A DNA stretch of 64,000 bases, from positions 1,888,001 to 1,952,000 of the forward strand of contig CAWETI010000003.1 of assembly GCA_963812015.1 (NCBI GenBank), in the 5' to 3' direction. The notes under the pieces are model-generated. The model did no database searches. It had not been told where the DNA came from and saw only the letters and a program-made list of their open reading frames with translations. The first letter of the stretch is position 1. Each line of letters opens with the position of its first letter. Made by a program: the position numbers and the translations under genes. This document shows, in pieces, positions 37,851 to 47,473 of this stretch. Source of the DNA: an uncultured delta proteobacterium (GTDB lineage: Bacteria; Desulfobacterota; Desulfobaccia; Desulfobaccales; 0-14-0-80-60-11).

Positions 37851-38417
37851 CTATCCCAGCTTCTTCAGCAGCCAGGCTATATTGTCCGCCAGGTCGGTAA
37901 TGGTTTTGAGGCCCTCGGCGTCGTTGGCCGCGTCCCCGGGCTTGAGGCCATAGGCGATGGGCCAGTAGCTGGAGCCCGGCACATACATCCCCATGATGCA
38001 GAACCAGAATTGCAGTTGGGCGTAGGTGAAATTGACGCCGGCCCGCCGGGCCACCACGATGGGGGTGCCCACCTTACGATAAAAGGGATTGTCCCCCTGG
38101 CGGGCCACGTAGCCGGCCCGGTCCAGGAGGGCCATGAGGTTCGGGGTGGCGGAGCCGAAGTAGACCGGGGACCCCACGATGAGTCCGTCTGCCGCGGTCA
38201 TGGCCTCATAGATGGGCATAAAATCGTCTTCCTGGGCGCAGCGGTTCTTGTCTTTGGCGCATTTCAAACAGGCCAGGCACGGGCGGATATCTTTGCCATG
38301 CAGTGACAGGTATTCGGTGGCGATCCCCTTCCCCTCCAGCACCTTCAGGGCGGTCTCCAGCAGCAGCCAGGTGTTCCCCTGGGGGCGGGGCGACCCGGAT
38401 ATGGCCAGCACCTTCAT
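37851..38417 (-). CDS. Iron-sulfur flavoprotein (flavodoxin-like, Isf family)
   Basis: ISGSPRPQGNT, CxxCxxC-x6-C and GSPVYFG. Confidence 0.92.
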   Translation of the reverse strand: MKVLAISGSPRPQGNTWLLLETALKVLEGKGIATEYLSLHGKDIRPCLACLKCAKDKNRCAQEDDFMPIYEAMTAADGLIVGSPVYFGSATPNLMALLDRAGYVARQGDNPFYRKVGTPIVVARRAGVNFTYAQLQFWFCIMGMYVPGSSYWPIAYGLKPGDAANDAEGLKTITDLADNIAWLLKKLG

Positions 38418-38641
38418 ATCTTATTCCTCCTCAGGCGTTATGGTTTCGCACCCCACGTGCTCAATGGCATATATTATAAGGCAGAACTGCCTTGCTTTCC
38501 ATCCCTTAGTGCCTGGCCACATTGAGAAGGCCGCAACCCGGATCTGCGCGGTGCGCCTTAAGGCCAAAAAGTGGGGATCTGGCGGGCTGCTTTCTTGCCC
38601 CGGCCCGCCTAGCAAAAACCTGACGTACGGCAATAAATTGC

Positions 38642-38689
38642 TTGACTGAAATAATGCTGCAGTCTATATTATGAGTGAACAATCACTCA
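38642..38689 (+). promoter_or_regulatory. Sigma70 promoter plus TetR operator palindrome
   Basis: TTGACT-N17-TATATT followed by TGAGTGA-acaa-TCACTCA. Confidence 0.8.
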
Positions 38690-38694
38690 CAACT

Positions 38695-39261
38695 ATGCGA
38701 CCCAAAGATAAGACCAAAGAGTTGATCGCCCGCACCGCTCTTAGCCTCTTTGTGGAGAAGGGCATCGACGGCACTACCATCCGGGACATCGCCGCTACGG
38801 CCATGATCGCCGAAGGCACCCTTTACCGGCATTATCCCAGCAAAGACGCCCTGGCCTGGGATCTGTTCAGCTATAATTTTACCGCCTTAGCCCTGGAGCT
38901 TCAAAAAATTCAGGCGCCACATCCGACTTTACAGGCTAAAGTGGACGCTATGGTCAGGCACTTCTGCACCTTCTTCGACCAGGACCCCGTCCTCTTCAGC
39001 TACTTGCTTCTGGCCCAACACGGGCAACTACAAAGAGTGACCCCCGATATGCCCAACCCGGTGGAAGTGCTACGGGAAGCCATGGCCTCCGGGATGGACC
39101 GGGGCGAGATCCCGGCCGGCGATCCTAACGTGGCCGCGGCCATGGTCCTGGGGATCGTTTTGCAGGTGGCGATATTCAAGATATATAAACGCCTTGCCCA
39201 GAGCCTTACCAGTCTGGCGGATCACCTGGTGGAAGCCTGCGGACGGGTGTTAACGAGGTAG
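38695..39261 (+). CDS. TetR/AcrR family regulator
   Basis: FVEKGIDGTTIRDIA...GTLYRHYPSK; the ATG at 38671 abuts the -10 box, so 38695 is the likelier start. Confidence 0.92.
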   Translation: MRPKDKTKELIARTALSLFVEKGIDGTTIRDIAATAMIAEGTLYRHYPSKDALAWDLFSYNFTALALELQKIQAPHPTLQAKVDAMVRHFCTFFDQDPVLFSYLLLAQHGQLQRVTPDMPNPVEVLREAMASGMDRGEIPAGDPNVAAAMVLGIVLQVAIFKIYKRLAQSLTSLADHLVEACGRVLTR

Positions 39262-39397
39262 TTTATTGGCACCTTTGGCAAGAATTTCTTTACTTAATAC
39301 CTGGAGGCTCACCTGAAGCCTCCGTAGCCATCATGCTCTTGATTTTTCTCCGTGCTTGAGCTATTTTCTATAGACTAAGTTTTTTCTAGAGGTACGC

Positions 39398-39571
39398 ATG
39401 CCCCAGGAAGATATCAAGGATAGGATCAGGGCGGCGGCCCCGGAAGGCAAGATTGCCTGTGCCGCGGCCTTCCGCCTGGCTGAAGAATTGGGCCTCTCCC
39501 GGAAGGACCTGGGGGCGCTCTTAAATGATCTGAAAATAAAAATCATCCAGTGTCAGCTGGGTTGCTTTTAA
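39398..39571 (+). CDS. 57-aa Cys-motif protein (ends CQLGCF); not in the ORF track
   Basis: GAGG RBS; MPQEDIKDRIRAAAPEGKIACAAAFRLAEELGLSRKDLGALLNDLKIKIIQCQLGCF; stop 1 nt before the next ATG. Confidence 0.85.
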   Translation: MPQEDIKDRIRAAAPEGKIACAAAFRLAEELGLSRKDLGALLNDLKIKIIQCQLGCF

Positions 39572-39572
39572 C

Positions 39573-40493
39573 ATGACCCACCTCTTCGGTCCGGTTCCAT
39601 CTCGCCGTCTGGGGCGCTCTTTGGGGGTAGATCTCATTCCCCCCAAGACCTGCCCGTATAACTGCATTTATTGCGAGGTGGGGCCCACCACCCATCAGAC
39701 CGGGCAGCGCTTCCCTTACCAGACCGATGCCATTGTTGCGGAGCTGGCCGATTACCTTCAAGACCCGGCTTCGGCCCCTGACGTCATTACCCTGGCGGGC
39801 TCCGGTGAACCCACCTTGAACCTGGGTCTGGGTCACATCATCCAAAAGATCAAAGCCATGACCCGGATTCCGGTGGCGGTGCTCACCAACGGTGCCCTGC
39901 TGTATCTGCCCGAGGTGCGCCGGGAGTTGGCCGCGGCCGACTTGGTCCTCCCCTCCCTGGACGCCGCCCGGGAAGAAACCTATCGCGCCATCAACCGGCC
40001 CCTACCGGGGCTTTCCCTGGAGTCGCTCCTTGAGGGCCTGACGTCCTTCCGCCGGGAGTATCGGGGCCAGATATGGCTCGAGGTCATGCTCATCAAAGGG
40101 CTCAACGACACCGAAGAAGAATTGTCCCTTTTGCGCCGGGCCCTGACGATAATCGCACCGGAAAAGATCCAACTCAACACCGCAGTGCGGCCAGTGGTGG
40201 AAGGTTTCGCCCGGCCTTTGGACCGCACCGCCATGAAGGCCGCCGCGGCCTTCCTGGGGGGGCCGGTGGAGGTTATCGCCGCCTTCGACCGGGAGGATAT
40301 CACCGGGGGCCAGTATCAGGATGACGATTTCGTAGAAATGCTCTCCCGGCGCCCCATGACCGCCCCGGACCTGTCGAAGGCATTGGGGCTGCCGCTGGTG
40401 CAGGTGGTAGCTTCCCTGAAACGCCTCCAGGACTCGGGCCGCATTTACCCTGACCGGCACCATGACCAGGAATTTTACCGCAACTCATCTTAG
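39573..40493 (+). CDS. Radical SAM protein (COG0731/TYW1-like) with C-terminal HTH-like segment
   Basis: FGPVPSRRLGRSLGVD, CPYNCIYC and SGEPTL. Confidence 0.9.
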   Translation: MTHLFGPVPSRRLGRSLGVDLIPPKTCPYNCIYCEVGPTTHQTGQRFPYQTDAIVAELADYLQDPASAPDVITLAGSGEPTLNLGLGHIIQKIKAMTRIPVAVLTNGALLYLPEVRRELAAADLVLPSLDAAREETYRAINRPLPGLSLESLLEGLTSFRREYRGQIWLEVMLIKGLNDTEEELSLLRRALTIIAPEKIQLNTAVRPVVEGFARPLDRTAMKAAAAFLGGPVEVIAAFDREDITGGQYQDDDFVEMLSRRPMTAPDLSKALGLPLVQVVASLKRLQDSGRIYPDRHHDQEFYRNSS

Positions 40494-40748
40494 ACACCGC
40501 CTCCGCGGCTGGATGGGGAGTCTTTCGGAAATTTCCTGGCCAAGAGTATGCTCAATTTTTCTGCAAGATGGTTCAAAGTCCCCCTGTTCTCAAGGGGGAT
40601 TTAAGGGGATTATCAGAGGGTTATCTATAATCCTCCCTCTCTGGTTCCCAAGCAATAGCTTGGGAAAAATTAAACGACGCACGACCATGCCGCCAGGGCA
40701 TTGATTAACTTTCTGTCGCGAGCTTTCCGCAATTCGGGAGATATGGAT

Positions 40749-43700
40749 ATGCAAGGCAAATTCGACGTGGGGCTGGATGTCGGCTCAGTGAGCGTCAACC
40801 TGGTGATCATGAACCCTGAGGGAGAGGTGCTCAAGGAAGAATACCGCCGCCATCTGGGGGCGCCTTCTCGCACCGCTTTAAATCTGCTGGAATCCCTGGG
40901 CCCGGAATTTCCCCTGGAACAATGCCGGTTGATCGCCTGCACCGGTATGGGGGGCAAGCGCCTGGCCGAGGTGCTGGGGGCCCGGTTTATCAATGAAGTC
41001 ATCGCCCAGGGGCGGGGCACCCACCATTTTGCGCCTCAAGCCCGCACCATCATTGACATGGGGGGCGAGGACGCCAAGATTATCATGGTGGAGGAAGAGG
41101 ACGGCCACCTGGTCATCGAGGATTTCGCCATGAACACCATGTGCGCCGCGGGCACCGGCTCCTTCCTGGACCAGCAGGCGCACCGGTTAGGCTACACCAT
41201 CGAAGATTTCAGCGAATTGGCCCTCAAGTCCACCACCCCCCCCCGGGTGGCCGGGCGCTGCAGCGTCTTTGCCAAGACCGACATGATCCACCTCCAGCAG
41301 GGCGCCACCCCGGATTACGAGATCATCGCCGGCCTCTGCCAGGCCATGGCCCGCAACTTAAAGAGCAACATCGCCAAGGGCAAGACCTTTGCCCCGCCGG
41401 TGGCCTTTCAAGGAGGCGTAGCCCACAACCTGGGAGTGCGCCAGGCCTTCCGCCAGGTCTTTAAGCTGGACGAAACCGGCCTCATCATCCCCCCCCACTT
41501 CTGCTCCCTGGGGGCGGTGGGCGCGGCGCTGGTGGCCCGGGAAAACCCCCCCGCCGATTTTCACCTGGACTTGACCCCCCTGCGGGAACACCTGCTGAAG
41601 GATGAGGACCCCTCCCGGCGCCTGCCGCGCTTGAGCCCCCCCCCGGTCTTGGGGCCGGAGCACTACCAGGTCATCGACCTGCCGGACGACGGCTCGGTGG
41701 TGGAAAGCTACCTGGGCATCGACGTGGGCTCCATCAGCACCAACGTGGTGGTCATCGACTCCGAGATGCGGGTGTTGGCCCGGGAGTACCTCATGACCGC
41801 CGGCCGCCCCCTGGAGGCCATCACCGAGGGCCTGCGTCGGGTGGGCGCCAGGATTCAAGACCGGGTCAAGATCATGGGCGCGGCCACCACCGGTTCGGGC
41901 CGCTATCTCACGGGCGACTTCATCGGCGCCGACGTGGTGCGCAACGAGATCACCGCCCAGGCCACCGCCGCCGCGGCCATCGACCCCGAGGTCGACACCA
42001 TCTTCGAGATCGGCGGCCAGGACTCCAAGTTCATCAGCTTAAAACACGGCGCCATCGTGGATTTCATGATGAACAAGGTCTGCGCCGCCGGCACCGGCTC
42101 TTATCTGGAGGAACAGGCCGAAAAGCTGGGCATCTCCATCCGCAACGAGTTCGGTGACCTGGCCCTGGCCGGCAAGACCCCGGTGCGCATGGGAGAGCGC
42201 TGCACCGTCTTCATGGAGTCCGACCTGGTGCACCACCAGCAGCGGGGCGCCGCCAAAGAAGACCTGGTGGCCGGCCTGTCCTACTCCATCGTCCAGAACT
42301 ATCTCAACAAGGTGGCGGAAGACCGGCCCATCGGCGACCACATTTTCTACCAGGGGGCCACCGCCGCCAACCGGGGCATCGTGGCCGCCTTCCAGCAAGT
42401 ATGCGGCAAAACGATCACGGTGCCGCCCCACCACGACGTCACCGGGGCCATCGGTGCGGCGCTCCTGGCCATGCGGGAGCGAAATTGGGAGACCTCCAAA
42501 TTCAAGGGGTTCGACCTGGCGGACCGTCAATATGAGATTTCTTCCTTTGAGTGCAGCGGTTGTCCCAACAACTGCGAGATTCGCCAGGTGAAGATCGAAG
42601 GGGAAAAGCCGCTGTTTTACGGCAGCCGCTGCGAAAAATACGAAGTCGGCCGCGCCGAGAAGCAGTACGACCTGGCCGACCTGCTCCTGGAGCGGGAAAA
42701 CTGGCTCTATGGCGACGAGCCCCCCATAGAAGGCAAACGCGGCCCCATCGGCATCCCCCGCACCATGTTCTTTCAGGAGCTTATGCCCTTCTTCCGGACC
42801 TTCTTCGAAGAACTGGGCTTCACGGTGGTCTTCTCCCCCAAGACCAACAAGAAGGTGATCAACCAGGGGATGGAAGCCATGGCGGCGGAGCCTTGCTATC
42901 CGGTGAAGGTGGCCCACGGCCACATCCTGGACCTGCTGAAAGCCGGGGTCAAACGCATCTTCCTGCCCAGCGTCATCGACCTGCCCCATCCCCATCCCGA
43001 GATCGGCAGCGGGGTGGTCTGTCCCATGGCCCAATCCCTGACCTACACCGTCCACACCGCCATCGATTTCGCGGCGTTCGGGGCCAAGGTGCTGTCCCCG
43101 GTGCTCTATTTCGGCCGGGGCAAACGCCGCCTGCGCCAGGGTTTGCGGGATCTGGCCCGAGAACTGGGGGTGAGCCCCTTCAAGGTGAACCGGGCCATGC
43201 TTAAGGGTCAGGCGGCCCAGGCGGCCTATTATGACCGCCTCACCGCCCGGGGCCGGGAGATCCTAAGTTCCCTGCCCCCCGACGGCCGTCTCATGGTCCT
43301 CATCGGCCGGCCTTACAACGCCCTAGACCCCGGCATGAACCTCAACCTCCACCGGAAACTCCGGCAGTTGGGGGTCCTGGCCCTGCCCATGGACTTTTTG
43401 CCCGTCGATAAAGTGGACGACCTGGATGAAATCAAGCCCATGTACTGGCGCTTCGGGCAAAAGATTCTGGGAGTGGCCGAACTCATCCGCAACGACCCCC
43501 GGCTCTACGGCATCTACATCACCAATTTCGGCTGCGGCCCCGACTCCTTCATCCAGCACTTCTTCAAGGACCGCATGCGGGGCAAGCCTTACCTGGAAAT
43601 CGAGATCGACGAGCACTCCTCCGACGTGGGGGCCATCACCCGGCTGGAAGCCTTCCTGGACAGCCTGAAGAACGTCACGGTGGAGCCGGCCCCGCTTCGG

Positions 43701-44924
43701 GTGTCGCCTTACCGTTACCGGGTCACCGGCAACCTCAAGCGCAAGATCTTCCTGCCCCCCATGACCGACCAGGCCCTGGCCATAGTGGCGGCCTTCCAGG
43801 CCTGCGGCGGCGAGGCCGAGGCCCTGCCGCCCTCCGATGAAGAGACCCTGGAACTGGGTCGTCGCCTCACCTCGGGCAAGGAGTGTTACCCCCTCATCCT
43901 CACCACCGGCGACCTGGCCAAACTGGTGCAGCGCCCGGACTTCAGGCCGGACAGGAGCGCCTTCTTCATGCCCGCGGCCGACGGCCCCTGCCGCTTCGGC
44001 CAGTACCACCGCTTCCACCGGATGGTGCTGGATGATCTGGGTTATCCCCAGATGCCGGTCTACTCCCCGGATCAGAACGAAAACATGTTCAAGGAAGTGG
44101 GCCTGGTGGGTGGCGATTTCTCCCGGATCGCCTGGAACGGCATGGTGGCCATCGATCTACTGGAAAAGAAGCTTCGGGAGACCCGGCCCTATGAATCCGT
44201 CCCCGGCGAGTCCGACAAGGTGTATGAACACTACCTCGACCGGGTCTTCCAGGCCGTGCGGGACCGGGGCGACCTGCCCGGGGCCCTTAAGGAGGCCCGG
44301 CGGACCTTTGACGACGTCTCCCTGAGCCCCAACGGCGGCAAACCCGTGGTGGGGGTCGTGGGGGAAATCTATACCCGGGCCAACCAGTTCTCCAACGAGA
44401 ACGCCGTGCGGGAGATTGAGGCCCTGGGGGGCGAAGTCTGGATGCCCCCCATCGGCGAGTGGCTCCTCTACGTCACTCACAGTTCCAAGGCGAGCGCCCT
44501 GGCCAACCGGCGTTACCGGGAACTCATCACCGTCTGCCTGGAAGAGCGCGTCCAGAAAAAGGACGAGCACCGGCTGGAGGAGATCTTCCACGGCAGCATC
44601 AAGAACCTGAGGGAACCCTCCATCCCCGAGACCCTGGAGCTGGCCAAAGACTACCTCCACCCCTCCTTCGAAGGGGAGGCCATCTTGAGTATGGGCAAAT
44701 CCCATGACTTCGTGCGCAAAGGGGCCTGCGGCCTGGTGAACATCATGCCGTTTACCTGCATGCCGGGCACCGTGGTCAACTCCCTGTTCAAGCTCTTTAG
44801 GGAGCGCCACAACAACATCCCCTTCCTGAACCTGGCCTACGACGGCCAAGAACAGACCCACACCCGCACCCGCCTGGAGGCCTTTATGTACCAGGTGCGT
44901 CAGTTCAAAACCCGTAAGGGATAG
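40749..44924 (+). CDS. CoA-substrate-specific enzyme activase: two BcrAD/BadFG ATPase domains + DUF2229/dehydratase-like C-terminus
   Basis: Two GxDVGS / MNxxCAAGTGS / RCxVF modules, CxxCxNNC, FGCGPDS and MPFTCMP. Confidence 0.92.
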   Translation: MQGKFDVGLDVGSVSVNLVIMNPEGEVLKEEYRRHLGAPSRTALNLLESLGPEFPLEQCRLIACTGMGGKRLAEVLGARFINEVIAQGRGTHHFAPQARTIIDMGGEDAKIIMVEEEDGHLVIEDFAMNTMCAAGTGSFLDQQAHRLGYTIEDFSELALKSTTPPRVAGRCSVFAKTDMIHLQQGATPDYEIIAGLCQAMARNLKSNIAKGKTFAPPVAFQGGVAHNLGVRQAFRQVFKLDETGLIIPPHFCSLGAVGAALVARENPPADFHLDLTPLREHLLKDEDPSRRLPRLSPPPVLGPEHYQVIDLPDDGSVVESYLGIDVGSISTNVVVIDSEMRVLAREYLMTAGRPLEAITEGLRRVGARIQDRVKIMGAATTGSGRYLTGDFIGADVVRNEITAQATAAAAIDPEVDTIFEIGGQDSKFISLKHGAIVDFMMNKVCAAGTGSYLEEQAEKLGISIRNEFGDLALAGKTPVRMGERCTVFMESDLVHHQQRGAAKEDLVAGLSYSIVQNYLNKVAEDRPIGDHIFYQGATAANRGIVAAFQQVCGKTITVPPHHDVTGAIGAALLAMRERNWETSKFKGFDLADRQYEISSFECSGCPNNCEIRQVKIEGEKPLFYGSRCEKYEVGRAEKQYDLADLLLERENWLYGDEPPIEGKRGPIGIPRTMFFQELMPFFRTFFEELGFTVVFSPKTNKKVINQGMEAMAAEPCYPVKVAHGHILDLLKAGVKRIFLPSVIDLPHPHPEIGSGVVCPMAQSLTYTVHTAIDFAAFGAKVLSPVLYFGRGKRRLRQGLRDLARELGVSPFKVNRAMLKGQAAQAAYYDRLTARGREILSSLPPDGRLMVLIGRPYNALDPGMNLNLHRKLRQLGVLALPMDFLPVDKVDDLDEIKPMYWRFGQKILGVAELIRNDPRLYGIYITNFGCGPDSFIQHFFKDRMRGKPYLEIEIDEHSSDVGAITRLEAFLDSLKNVTVEPAPLRVSPYRYRVTGNLKRKIFLPPMTDQALAIVAAFQACGGEAEALPPSDEETLELGRRLTSGKECYPLILTTGDLAKLVQRPDFRPDRSAFFMPAADGPCRFGQYHRFHRMVLDDLGYPQMPVYSPDQNENMFKEVGLVGGDFSRIAWNGMVAIDLLEKKLRETRPYESVPGESDKVYEHYLDRVFQAVRDRGDLPGALKEARRTFDDVSLSPNGGKPVVGVVGEIYTRANQFSNENAVREIEALGGEVWMPPIGEWLLYVTHSSKASALANRRYRELITVCLEERVQKKDEHRLEEIFHGSIKNLREPSIPETLELAKDYLHPSFEGEAILSMGKSHDFVRKGACGLVNIMPFTCMPGTVVNSLFKLFRERHNNIPFLNLAYDGQEQTHTRTRLEAFMYQVRQFKTRKG

Positions 44925-44940
44925 AAGAAAATGATCTCGG

Positions 44941-45065
44941 GAAGGGGGCTAAGGGCTTTTTCGTAAGTGGCCCCTACCCCCTCCCCGAACCCCCATAAGT
45001 CAGGAACTTGGTGGCACAGGCTTTCCAGCCTGTGGATGACTTAGGGTGCGCACCGTGCACCTTAA
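44941..45065. repeat. Cluster of REP-like palindromes between convergent genes
   Basis: GGTGGCACAGGCTTTCCAGCCTGTG at 45010-45034, TAGGGTGCGCACCGTGCACCTTA at 45042-45064, and a GGGGG...CCCCC hairpin. Confidence 0.6.
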
Positions 45066-45115
45066 GAGACTGAATGTTCAATAAAAAGGCAGGTCACCGG
45101 GCCCCGCCTTTTGGA

Positions 45116-45736
45116 TCAAATCCTCCGGGCGTTATCCTCCGGGAAGCGATATTCCATGTGCCGCGCCGTGGCCCGGGCGATGGCCTCGCCATGGTAGCGC
45201 GCCACCACCTTCAGAGCCAAATCGATCCCCGCGGCAATGCCCGCCGAAGTGAGGATATGCCCATCCTCCACCACGTGCAAATCTTCCACCACGGTCACGG
45301 CCGGGAACGACTCGCGCATCCACGTCAGGGAGCGCCAGTGAGTCGTGGCCCGGCAGCCATCCAGCAGACCGGCCTGACCCAGCAACATCGCCCCGGTGCA
45401 CACTGAGGCCAGGGTTTCCACCTGGCGGCCCCGCTGGGCAATCCAGCGAATGAGAGGCTCATTGTGGATCTGGCGGCGCGTCCCCCAGCCGCCGGGCACC
45501 ACCAGGACGTCCAGTGGCGGACAGGTCGCCAGGGTGCAGTCGGGCAGAACTTTGAGCCCGCCGGAGGCCGTGATCGCCTCGGTATGCTCGGCCACCAGCA
45601 GAAGCTCGAACGGCGAAGGCTCGTCCCGGCGCCGCTCCTCGTGCAGGCGGGTGACGGCCAAAACTTCGTACGGACCGCAAAAATCGAGCACTTCGACTTC
45701 CGGAAAGATAATTATGCCAACCAGTCTCCGATTCAT
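45116..45736 (-). CDS. DJ-1/PfpI family protein
   Basis: EVLDFCGPYEV, VVPGGWG, SVCTGA, ATTHW and TSAGI. Confidence 0.92.
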   Translation of the reverse strand: MNRRLVGIIIFPEVEVLDFCGPYEVLAVTRLHEERRRDEPSPFELLLVAEHTEAITASGGLKVLPDCTLATCPPLDVLVVPGGWGTRRQIHNEPLIRWIAQRGRQVETLASVCTGAMLLGQAGLLDGCRATTHWRSLTWMRESFPAVTVVEDLHVVEDGHILTSAGIAAGIDLALKVVARYHGEAIARATARHMEYRFPEDNARRI

Positions 45737-45784
45737 AATCGGCGTTCCTCCTCCCCTTTGCGAACCAGTGCGGCGTTGCCAGCG

Positions 45785-46564
45785 TCACTCCCCCCGAAAC
45801 ACCGGTTTGCGCTTCTCCAGAAAGGCCCTTTGCCCTTCCAGATAATCCTTGCTGTTGTAGACCAGACGGCGCAGCCCCTGGATGCGCTCAAAGGTCTCGG
45901 GGGACAGGGGCAGGGCGTTTCCTAAAATCTGGAGCTGCTCTTTCATGACTGAAATGCTGATGGGGGAATTCTGGGCGATCTGCCGGGCCATGGCAAAGGT
46001 AAAATCCTCCAGTTCTGGGATCGGCACCAAGTGATTGAGGATGCCCACCCGGGCGACCCGTTCCCCACTCACCGGCTGGGCGGTGCAGAACATCTCCCGG
46101 GCCAGGGACATGCCGATCTTGTTAAGAACGTGCAGGATCCCCGTGAGATTATAGGGGATCCCCAGCCGGGCCGAGGTAATGGCAAAAGAGGTGTTCTCGG
46201 TGCCGATCAGGATATCACAGACCAGGGCCAGTTCACAGGCGCCCCCCCAGACGCTCCCCTCCAGCATGGCGATGACCGGAGCCGGACAGCGCTGGATGGC
46301 CCGGATGGCCTGCTCCAGGGGATCGTCATACGTCAGGGGGTCCCGGCCGGGTTGAGGAAATTCGGTGACGTCATAGCCCGCCGACCAGACCTTGGCGCCC
46401 TTATTGGCCCGGAGCACGATCACCCGGACCCGTTGATAGACCATCTCGTTTAAGGCCGTGATCACCTCGTTAATTAAGGCCCGGCCCAGGGCGTTGCGCT
46501 TCCGGTCATGATTAAAGGTGATGGTGCCGATGGACTCCGATAGTGCCACGGTAATTAATTCCAT
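45785..46564 (-). CDS. scpB: Biotin-independent methylmalonyl-CoA decarboxylase (crotonase fold)
   Basis: GRDPLTYDDPL, EGSVWGGA, LGIPYN and FERIQGLRR match recalled E. coli ScpB/YgfG. Confidence 0.85.
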   Translation of the reverse strand: MELITVALSESIGTITFNHDRKRNALGRALINEVITALNEMVYQRVRVIVLRANKGAKVWSAGYDVTEFPQPGRDPLTYDDPLEQAIRAIQRCPAPVIAMLEGSVWGGACELALVCDILIGTENTSFAITSARLGIPYNLTGILHVLNKIGMSLAREMFCTAQPVSGERVARVGILNHLVPIPELEDFTFAMARQIAQNSPISISVMKEQLQILGNALPLSPETFERIQGLRRLVYNSKDYLEGQRAFLEKRKPVFRGE

Positions 46565-46724
46565 TTTTCCCTCATCCCGGCTGCTGACCCCCGGCTACCA
46601 CCCGGTCAGGCCGCCTGTTTTAGAGACTATTTGCCAAGTATTGCCGTAATTGATAACATCCCCATCGGCAAGGGTAAACTTTTTCCATCAAGTCCGTGCA
46701 CATTTCACGTGAGGAGGCGAGATC

Positions 46725-47462
46725 ATGCCCCGATGTTCCGGCTGTGGTAATCAATTAACCGGGGCCGAGCAACATTGTCCCGCCTGCGGGCAATCCACAG
46801 AGGTCGGCACAAACTTGCACGGCCCAGCTCTACCCCAGCCCCCGAGAGCATTGCCTCTGGGCAACTATATCAAAATCGGCTGGGAGCTCTTCAAACAATA
46901 TCCCGGCGGGTTTGTCGGCTTTTGCCTGGTTAACGGCCTCATCCACCTGGTCTTGCACGCCCTGCCCCGGGTGAGCTGGCTGGTGTCGGCGGGCCTCAGC
47001 GCCCCTTTGTTCATGGGCAACTTCATCGTCACCGCTAAGCTGCTGCAGCGGCAAACCCCGTCCTTCCGCGACTTTTTTTCGGGTTTTTACTTCTTTTGGC
47101 CGCTCTTTTTACTCTCCCTGGTCGTTTCGGTATTCATCAGCATCGGGATGATCCTGTTAATTATCCCCGGGGTATATCTGATGGTGGGTTACCTTTTTGC
47201 CTCGCCCCTGGTGGTGGATCGCCGCCTGGATTTCTGGCCGGCCATGGAGTTGAGCCGCCGTACCGTGAACCCCTTATGGTTCAGCCTTTTTGCTTTCGTG
47301 CTCCTCCTGACCCTGATTAATTTAGCGGGCATGGCTCTCCTGGGCCTGGGCTTCTTGATTACCTTGCCCTGGACGTTATGTTCGGTTACCGCAGCCTATA
47401 GCGACCTTTTCGGTTTCCAATCAGATTACTCGCAAGAGGTCCCCAGGCTAAAAAATCTTTAA
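46725..47462 (+). CDS. Zinc-ribbon + integral membrane protein
   Basis: CxxC-x10-CxxC N-terminus; ILLIIPGVY and several TM helices; GAGGAGG RBS. Confidence 0.8.
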   Translation: MPRCSGCGNQLTGAEQHCPACGQSTEVGTNLHGPALPQPPRALPLGNYIKIGWELFKQYPGGFVGFCLVNGLIHLVLHALPRVSWLVSAGLSAPLFMGNFIVTAKLLQRQTPSFRDFFSGFYFFWPLFLLSLVVSVFISIGMILLIIPGVYLMVGYLFASPLVVDRRLDFWPAMELSRRTVNPLWFSLFAFVLLLTLINLAGMALLGLGFLITLPWTLCSVTAAYSDLFGFQSDYSQEVPRLKNL

Positions 47463-47473
47463 AGGCTCACTCC

